Positions 58,683 through 64,000 of a DNA stretch of 64,000 bases are shown here, in pieces. Where the stretch lies: NCBI GenBank assembly GCA_044376085.1, contig JBILLN010000004.1, positions 36,076-100,075 of the forward strand. The letters are read 5' to 3'. This stretch comes from Bradymonadia bacterium. GTDB taxonomy: Bacteria > Myxococcota_A > Bradymonadia > UBA7976 > UBA1532. Position 1 is the stretch's first letter, and each line of letters begins with the position of its first letter. Both the position numbers and the translations under genes were made by a program. The notes below the pieces were generated by a model that was given only the letters and a program-made list of their open reading frames with translations, ran no database searches and was not told the origin of the DNA.

Positions 58683-59446
58683 GTCAGCCCCGCCGTCTTG
58701 AACAGAAAGGCGATGCCGCCGATCAGGAAATCCAGCGCAATGACGGCCAGGCTGGCGTTCACGACCGCCTGGGTCGTGGCCCACCCGACCCCTTCGCTGC
58801 CCCCGCGCGCCGCGAACCCGCTGTGTCCGGCGATGATGGGGATCACCATGCCGAAGACGACCGCTTTGCTCGCGCCCTCGAAGACATCCGGCAGTCGGAT
58901 GAGGTCGAAGTTCATGTACGTCGCCGGGATGGTGTGGAACGACGCCCAGGTCACGTACATGCCCGCCAGGAAGGCGATCGTCGTGCCGATGACCCAGAGG
59001 ACGGGCACCATGATCGTGCAGGCGATGAAACGCGGTTTGATCAGGTAGTCCACCGGTTGTGCATTGCACATCCGCAGCGCGTCGACCTGCTCGGTGACCA
59101 CCATGCTGCCGATCTCCGCCGCGATGCCGGTGCCGACTCGAATCGCGACCATGAGGCCGCAGAGCGTGGGGCCCAGCTGTCGGACGAGCAACGGCAGCGT
59201 CGCCGCGCCGAGCAGCGAGGTGTCGCCGAAGAGGCGCATCGCCTGGAAGCCGGTCTGGAAGTTCAGGATGGCGCCGAGGAAACCCATGGTGACGAGGATG
59301 AAGAAGACGCTGCGGTTGCCGACCTGGAACATCTGCTCCAGCACCGGTGCCCAGCGCCAGCGGCCCCGGAAGACGTAGTACAGCGTCAGTCCGAACGTGC
59401 GGACGATGCCCCGGATCTCGTCGATGACGAACTGCACGAGTCCCAT
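58679..59446 (-). CDS. mlaE: MlaE/YrbE-type ABC permease
   Basis: LVRQLGP.L.GLM...RVGTGIAAEIGSMVVTEQVDALR and GGSEGVG.ATT.AVV. Confidence 0.95.
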   Translation of the reverse strand: MGLVQFVIDEIRGIVRTFGLTLYYVFRGRWRWAPVLEQMFQVGNRSVFFILVTMGFLGAILNFQTGFQAMRLFGDTSLLGAATLPLLVRQLGPTLCGLMVAIRVGTGIAAEIGSMVVTEQVDALRMCNAQPVDYLIKPRFIACTIMVPVLWVIGTTIAFLAGMYVTWASFHTIPATYMNFDLIRLPDVFEGASKAVVFGMVIPIIAGHSGFAARGGSEGVGWATTQAVVNASLAVIALDFLIGGIAFLFKTAGLT

Positions 59447-59456
59447 GGCCGGGGCC

Positions 59457-60245
59457 TTACTTCAGCAAGTAGGTAATGAAGTAATCGATGACGAAGATGC
59501 CGACCGCCGAGGCGACGACGCTCGCGTTGACGGCCCGCCCGACGCCGATGGCCCCCCCCGTGACGCTGAGGCCGAAGTGGCAGCTCACGAGGCCGATGGC
59601 CACGCCGAAACCGGCGGCCTTGGCGACGCCGTTGAAGAAGTCCGTCAGCGTCACGTACTCGACGAAACTGTTCCAGAAGACCCAGGGATCGACCCCGAGC
59701 ATGAACCGACTCGTCGCAATGCCCGCGATGAGGGCGAAGACGTCCCCCACCACGTTGAGCAGCGTCATCATCACGACCATGGCCAGGATGCGCGGCAGGA
59801 CGAGGTAGTCGATGGGGTCGATGGCCAGCGTACGCAACGCGTCGACCTGTTCGGTGACCTTCATCGTGCCGAGTTCCGCGGTGTTGTTGGCCCCGACTCG
59901 GCCCGAGAACATCAGCCCGATGAGGAGCGGCCCGATCTCCCGGAAGACACTGTACCCGAACGCCCAGCCCACGACCTCGTAGGCCCGGAACTTGACGACG
60001 TTGTGACCCGTCTGGATGACCGCGGTCGCTCCGGCGAAGGCCGCCGTCGTGGCGACGATGGGCAGCGACTTGACCCCCACCCGGTAGAGGTTGCGCCAGG
60101 TCTCGAATCCGTCGAGGCGGGGGCGCAGGCAGGCCCGGCCGATCTGCGCGGTGAAGATGGCCAGCCCGCCGACGATCTCGGCCAGCGCGATGAACGCCGC
60201 GCCGGTCCGGGTCACGAGCCCCTGCAGCGGCACCAGCGGATTCAA
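59457..60245 (-). CDS. mlaE: MlaE/YrbE-type ABC permease (second paralogue)
   Basis: FREIGPLL...GRVGA..TAELGTMKVTEQVDALR and GGAIGVGRAV. Confidence 0.95.
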   Translation of the reverse strand: MNPLVPLQGLVTRTGAAFIALAEIVGGLAIFTAQIGRACLRPRLDGFETWRNLYRVGVKSLPIVATTAAFAGATAVIQTGHNVVKFRAYEVVGWAFGYSVFREIGPLLIGLMFSGRVGANNTAELGTMKVTEQVDALRTLAIDPIDYLVLPRILAMVVMMTLLNVVGDVFALIAGIATSRFMLGVDPWVFWNSFVEYVTLTDFFNGVAKAAGFGVAIGLVSCHFGLSVTGGAIGVGRAVNASVVASAVGIFVIDYFITYLLK

Positions 60246-60973
60246 TCGACCACCTCCCCGCTCAGGAACTGGCGGACGCGCGGGTCCGCGTGGCCGAGCC
60301 CCTCGTCGGACGTGCCCCGAAAGATGACGCGCCCGTGCTCGAGCATCACGAACCGATCGCAGAGGGGACGCAGGTAGCCGACCTCGTGGCTGACGATCAG
60401 GGCCGTCGCCGAGTTTTCGTCCTGGAGCTGTTTGAGGAGCAGGAAGATGCGGTTGGTCGTCACCGGATCCAGGCCGGCGGTCGGATCGTCACAGAGCATG
60501 ATGGGCGGATCGTGCACGATCGCCCGCGCGAGGCAGACGCGCTTTTTCATCCCGCCGGAGAGGTCCGAGGGCATGCGCGCCTCGATGCCGGGCAGGCTGA
60601 CCTGAGCGAGGCGCCGCGCGACCCGACTCCGGATCGTCTCCGGGTCGAGGCCCCCCTGTTGAACGAGGGGGAATGCGATGTTGTCCCCCACGTTCAGGAA
60701 GTCGAACAACGCATAGTTCTGGAAGATCATGCCGATGCGCCCGCGCACGGCCATCAGCGCCGTCTCGTCGAGCGCGGTGACCTCCTGGTCATCGACGAAG
60801 ATTCGCCCTGCCTGGGGCCGGATGAGCCCGCAGATCAACTTGAGAACGCAGGACTTGCCCGCCCCACCGGCCCCGATGAGGCCCAGGGTGCTCCCCGTGG
60901 GCACCTCGAACGACACGTCCTCGAGAACGGTCGTGCGGCCGAAGCGCAGGGTAATCCCCTCGCAGCGGATCAC
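60242..60973 (-). CDS. mlaF: MlaF/Mkl-type ABC ATPase (Walker B Glu replaced by Asp)
   Basis: Walker A GAGGAGKS; FQNYALFD; signature LSGGM; Walker B IMLCDDP; H-loop SHE. Confidence 0.93.
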   Translation of the reverse strand: MIRCEGITLRFGRTTVLEDVSFEVPTGSTLGLIGAGGAGKSCVLKLICGLIRPQAGRIFVDDQEVTALDETALMAVRGRIGMIFQNYALFDFLNVGDNIAFPLVQQGGLDPETIRSRVARRLAQVSLPGIEARMPSDLSGGMKKRVCLARAIVHDPPIMLCDDPTAGLDPVTTNRIFLLLKQLQDENSATALIVSHEVGYLRPLCDRFVMLEHGRVIFRGTSDEGLGHADPRVRQFLSGEVVD

Positions 60974-62111
60974 AGCTCCCCCTTGCCCTGCGGGTGTGCG
61001 AGCGAGGTCCGCGCCAGCGACGCGTCCGGGGGCGGCAGGCTCGCGCGGCCGTCGAGAACGTCTCGGGCGCGCCGCGCGTAGCGCGAGTCCGGTCGCTCCC
61101 CGAGGAGCGCCCGCAGCGTCTCCCGCGACCCGGCCGCGTCTCCGGCGAAGTCCTGTGCGCCGGCCAGCCCCCAGTAGGCGTCGTCTCGGAAGACGGACGT
61201 CGGGAACTCGTCGATGACCCGTCGGAACGCCGTCACGGCCGCCGGAGCATCCCGCCGCAGGTGCAGGTGGACCAGCCCCACGGCCAGGGCGGCGTCGTCG
61301 AGCCGCTTCGCCCGGAAGTCGCCGACGAGGTAGTCCTGGTCCACCCGGAGGCGCAGCAGGGCCTCGTAGACGGCGATGGCTTCGTCGACCCGCCCCTGGC
61401 GGCGTTCGATGGCCGCCAGCAGGAACAACGCGTCGTCCAGCAACGGCGTGACGTGGTAGCGGTCTGCGAGCGTGCGGAGGGTTTCCCGCGCGCCCCCCAG
61501 ATCCCCGAGGCGGAAGACCTGCGCCCAGGCCGCGAAGAAGAGCAGGTTGTCCCCGACGGTGGTCTCCCGGTGGCGATCGGCCGCGTCGCGCATCCAGCGC
61601 ACGACTTCGACGTCGTTGCCCCGGTCGTCCAGCTCCGCGGGCTGGCGCCGGATGCCGAGGTACTTGGCGGCTTTGTCCGCGGCCGAATACCGCGGGTAGG
61701 TGTCGATGACCCGCTTCAGCGCCGCCCGGCCCTCGACGAGGCGACCCTGCCCCTCGATGATCAACTTCGCCTGCCGCCAGGCGGCGAAGGCGGCCCGCTC
61801 GGTGCCCTGATGGGCTTCGGCCTCTCGGTAGAGTGCCAGCGCCTCGTCGAAACGCCCCTCCCGTTCGCGGATCTGTCCCCGGCGGTACGCGGACAACGCC
61901 CGTGTCGCCGGGTCACCCGTCGTCGCCGCATCGGCGGCGACCTCGAGGAACAGCCGCTCCGCGTCGGCGTGCGCCCGCGCACTGAAGGCGCGCTCGGCGG
62001 CCGCGTAACGCGCGTCCCGTTCCATCCGACGCCGGCGGGCGTCGTCGCCGGCGCACCCGAGGCACGACGCCGCGAGGCCCAGGCCGGCCACGGCGACGAG
62101 GACGCGCCCGG

Positions 62112-62115
<4 letters not shown>
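60970..62115 (-). CDS. TPR-repeat lipoprotein
   Basis: GTG 62115; lipobox LAASCLGC; TPR repeats of the BamD/CpoB type ([31 protein letters not shown]). Confidence 0.85.
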
Positions 62116-63161
<1,046 letters not shown>

Positions 63162-63168
63162 GGGCGGG

Positions 63169-63693
63169 TCAGAAGCTGAACGAGAGCATGATCTCGGGGT
63201 ACGTCTCGCTGCAGTCGCTGACCTCGCAGCCCTTCACGTAGATCTCGTGAACGACGCCGCCGCCGAAGTACGAACCGCCGCCGCTGACCCAGAACGCGCC
63301 CGCCCGGCCGCCGAGGGAGTCCATGTCGTCCTTCGGTGCGCCCACGAAGAGGTGGCGGTAGAACGTGCCGACGTAGGGCTTCAGGACCGGCACGAACCAC
63401 AGCACGTACCGGGCATTGGGGCTGACCTTGGAGACCGAGGGCTCGGAGTTGATCCAGTACTCGCCCTCGAGACCGAGTTCGAGGCCGTCGACGATGTAGT
63501 AACCGGCGCCCGCCCCCAGGATGAACGCCGTATTGTCGATCTGGTTCGCGACACCGAAGATGGCAGAGATGCGAATGCTGCCCTCGGCGAAGGGACCGGC
63601 GTCCATTTCGGCGGCGGCTGTGGCGGGCAGAGCGAGCACGGAAGCGGAGAGCGCGAGCGAGAGCGCGGTCGCGGGCGAAGCAGACGGGCGCAT
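63169..63693 (-). CDS. small outer-membrane beta-barrel protein
   Basis: Signal peptide ending AAA; amphipathic strands [15 protein letters not shown] and PYVGTFY; C-terminal beta-signal ...MLSFSF. Confidence 0.8.
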   Translation of the reverse strand: MRPSASPATALSLALSASVLALPATAAAEMDAGPFAEGSIRISAIFGVANQIDNTAFILGAGAGYYIVDGLELGLEGEYWINSEPSVSKVSPNARYVLWFVPVLKPYVGTFYRHLFVGAPKDDMDSLGGRAGAFWVSGGGSYFGGGVVHEIYVKGCEVSDCSETYPEIMLSFSF

Positions 63694-63782
63694 GGCGGGA
63701 CCTTTCGGAGCGAACCGGGGAACGGACGAAATCGCGTCGGACACTCCTGTACAGCACCCGGGGCGCGGGTTACAACCCGCCC

Positions 63783-64000
63783 ATGATCCGCCTGGAAACG
63801 GTCAGCAAACACTACCGCTCCGCATCCCGCGACGAGTACGCGCTGCGCGACATCGACCTGCACATCGGCGAGGGCGAGTTCTGCGCCATCGTCGGTACGT
63901 CGGGCTCGGGCAAGACGACGCTGCTCAACATCGTCGGCGGCCTCGACCGCGGCTACGTCGGCACCGTGACGGTCGCCGGCAACGACCTCCGCGGTCTGTC
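63783..64000 (+). CDS. LolD/MacB/FtsE-type ABC ATP-binding protein (partial)
   Basis: MIRLETVSKHY..ALRDIDLHIGEGEFCAIVGTSGSGKTTLLNIVGGLD; open at the window end. Confidence 0.9.
   Translation, partial: MIRLETVSKHYRSASRDEYALRDIDLHIGEGEFCAIVGTSGSGKTTLLNIVGGLDRGYVGTVTVAGNDLRGL

Overview
High-GC bacterial chromosomal window, most consistent with Myxococcota (myxobacteria-like). Supporting features are two Pkn-type Ser/Thr kinases, an FHA-sigma54 activator, a TIGR02266 PilZ protein, a bacNOP-like bactofilin triplet, giant Cys-rich lipoproteins and many lipoproteins with Asp/Pro-rich linkers. I find about 42 real genes; most long ORFs in the supplied track are antisense or off-frame shadows, and many starts were corrected. 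No rRNA, tRNA, CRISPR array, integrase or transposase was seen. Housekeeping anchors are mutS2, sppA, acyl-CoA dehydrogenase, pyrE, typA, thiolase and ltaE. Six observations stand out. (1) A tandem pair of lipoproteins has C-terminal halves resembling BPI/LBP (TULIP) lipid-binding tubes, close to a thiolase, a secreted nuclease and an MCE transporter operon. (2) The two MlaF ATPases of that operon carry complementary degenerate motifs, which predicts an asymmetric heterodimer with one poorly active site. (3) A lipoprotein has a single heme-c domain inserted in an uncharacterised helical domain. (4) A JAB/MPN pseudo-protease has lost its Zn ligands. (5) SppA is fused to an outer-membrane barrel-like domain. 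(6) Two paralogous giant Cys-rich lipoproteins overlap a Ser/Thr kinase gene in one apparent operon. All family assignments come from motif recognition by eye, not from database searches.
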